Shown: piece after piece, positions 61,490 to 63,418 of the stretch
Layout of the letters: the number at the start of each line of letters is the position of its first letter
How positions within the stretch are numbered: the first letter of the stretch is position 1
Assembly: GCF_001194135.2 (NCBI RefSeq)
Contig: NC_068988.1
Coordinates: 82,199,804 to 82,263,221, forward strand
DNA length: 63,418 bases
Source: Octopus bimaculoides
Lineage: Eukaryota
Direction of reading: 5' to 3'
Position numbers and translations under genes: made by a program
The notes under the pieces: generated by a model
Seen by the model: the letters and a program-made list of their open reading frames with translations, nothing else
Database searches by the model: none
What the model was told of the DNA's origin: nothing

Positions 61490-61630
61490 AAGGGCATCCG
61501 ACCTTGCCTGGAAACAGGTGAGGATTGGCAACAGGAAGGGCATCCAGCCATAGAAAATTCCACTTCATGAAATTCAATCTAACCCATGCAAGCATGGAAA
61601 AGGGGACGTTAAAACAATGACAATGATGAT
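61490..61630 (+). mobile_element. RTE 3' UTR fragment with (GAT)n tail
   Basis: ggcaacaggaagggcatccagccatag...gcatggaaaaggggacgttaaaac. Confidence 0.75.
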
Positions 61631-61869
61631 GATTTCTAATTAATATTTCCGATGTGATAAAGTTTAGATGATTTAAAATCTTCATTGACTTTAGATTTTA
61701 ATAAAGCAAATGAAGAGATGAGCAGCTTTGCATATTTTTCTTAATGCTAGATTTTAATAAACAAATTCTTTCTTTTATCTATTTTACTGCTTTACTAGTT
61801 TCAAGTAATGAAAAATTATGACCATAATGGGTAAAGTTCCCTTCTGAGGAACAAGTTCAAGCAAGATTG

Positions 61870-62125
61870 TTTATGGAAGACCAGCAGTTGCCCATGCATA
61901 CCAGCCTCCCATCTCCATGTCACAGACATTATCCAAGGGAAATGCAAAGGCCGATACAGCTTGGCACCAGTGACATCGCAACTCATTTCTACAGCTGAGT
62001 GAACTGGAGCAACATGAAATAAAGTGTCTTGCTCAAGAACACAACACAGCTCAGTCCAGGAATCAAACTCACTGCCTCATGATTGTGAGCCCAATGCTCT
62101 AACCACTTAACCATATACCTTCACT
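61870..62125 (-). mobile_element. tRNA-derived SINE, third family
   Basis: Minus-strand head ggttaagtggttagagcattgggctcacaatcatgaggcagtgagtttgattcctgg (A and B boxes). Confidence 0.8.
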
Positions 62126-62221
62126 ATATGTATATATGTAAATGTATTTATATACATGTATATATATGTATATAAGAAACAAGTTAAAAAATAATGGTCA
62201 TTATATATTATATGTATATAT

Positions 62222-62224
<3 letters not shown>

Positions 62225-62252
<28 letters not shown>

Positions 62253-62690
62253 GCATCATTTAACGTCTGTTTTCCAAGCTGGCATGGATTGGATGGTTTG
62301 ACTGGTAACTGGGAATCCAGTAGGCAGTACCAGACTCCAATCTGATCTGGTAAGGTTTCTACAGCTGGATACCCTTCCTAGTGCCAACCACTCCAAGAGT
62401 GTAGTGGGTGCTTTTTACATGCCACCAGCACAGGATTCAGGCGGCACTGGCATCGACCACATTTGGATGGTGCTTATTACATGCCACCAGCATAGGAGCC
62501 AGTCAGGCAGCACTGACATCAGCCACAACTAGAATTTCCATTTTGATTTCAATCTTGATTTGCTTTTGATTTGGATTTTTGATTTGGATTTTGATTTTAC
62601 TTGACTCAGCAGGTCTTCTCAGGCGCAACGTATCACCCAATGATTCAAGGGTACTTTTGAATGGGCTGGTTATGCGACACTGGTATAGGA
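62225..62690 (-). mobile_element. RTE 3' UTR with (CAT)n tail
   Basis: tttaacgtctgttttccaagctggcatgg...gtagtgggtgctttttacatgccacc. Confidence 0.85.
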
Positions 62691-62788
62691 TTCAGCTGTG
62701 ATCTCACTTTACTTGCCGAGAGAGAGAGAGGAAAACAATTAGTTTTAAATCTCTGAATTAGAAGTAGTAATGGTACTACAGAGTAAAA

Positions 62789-63044
62789 CATAAAGTGGCA
62801 GTCCTGATTAGGATGATGTTACTACCTTTCTTCGCCTCAGGAAAACATCTTTTCCAGCTGGCTACCAATGCACAGCTGTGTCCTTACACCTCAAACAAGG
62901 GAGCTTTGAAGCTGAGTGGGGACATTAGCTCCTTGTTCGAGGTGTAAGGATGCAGTTGTGCATTGGTAGCCAGCTGGAAAAGATGTTTTCCTGAGGCTAA
63001 AAAAAGGTAGTAACATCGTCCTAATCAGAACTGCCACTTTATGC
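62789..63044. repeat. 256-bp palindrome (about 117-bp arms, 21-nt loop)
   Basis: 41-bp perfect core gcctcaggaaaacatcttttccagctggctaccaatgcaca; about 10 differences by eye. Confidence 0.95.
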
Positions 63045-63168
63045 TGACAAATAAATTTTACTCTATACATATACTTCCTTCCTTTCCTGAGTGTCTGATA
63101 ATACAGTACTTGTACCATATCCTCACGTTGTTGTTTTTTCTTGCTTGTTCTTCTTTGTTTAGATTCAC

Positions 63169-63202
<34 letters not shown>

Positions 63203-63418
63203 ATAATATTAGGGACAAAATCCAAAATTACAGGTAAAAAACTCAATTAAAATCAATTTATAAAAAATTAAAATTAAATTGAGCCTTATAGATAAAGTAT
63301 ATATAAAATATATAGTTTTAGGGAAAATAACCAATTTTCAAGAACTCATCGATGAAAATCCACTATCACATATAGAAAAATTAATAATTAAAAGCACAAT
63401 AAATGAGTATAATATAAA

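Noticed and set aside
1-63418. rRNA genes, prokaryotic operons, intact transposases
   Set aside because: None seen; every transposase and RT frame has stops, frameshifts, deletions or gaps. Known miRNA matures were not exhaustively searched by eye.

Overview
AT-rich eukaryotic genomic DNA with about 14 N-gaps. The repeat content (tRNA-derived SINEs, RTE LINE 3' ends with (GAT)n tails, R4/Dong-type RLE LINEs, many Tc1/mariner relics, (TA)n/(TG)n/(CAT)n microsatellites) looks like a coleoid cephalopod, probably Octopus (inference; no database search was run). There is no intact long CDS, rRNA, true tRNA gene or CRISPR array. Most ORF-track entries are microsatellite or N-gap artefacts or decayed transposon fragments. 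A few well-spliced + strand exon candidates (5766-gap, 7358-7470, 11135-11243, 33031-33099) suggest the window is mostly intronic to an unidentified gene, and one of these exons is 1 nt out of frame. The strongest unexpected signal is a type I hammerhead ribozyme with a fully canonical core at 32274-32345 (+). It sits directly behind a 4x 12-bp tandem repeat that is the exact antisense of its catalytic core and could form a competing 19-bp hairpin. Further Penelope-type minimal or degenerate hammerhead motifs occur at 30561-30600, 30914-30950 and 12460-12509, with half-motifs at 576-612 and 31783-31817. At least six long inverted repeats or palindromes (77-300 bp arms) are potential dsRNA/ADAR substrates. 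Also present: a TTAA-flanked Kolobok-like MITE, a candidate solo LTR, a LINE nested in a LINE, and two CpG-retaining promoter-like segments.
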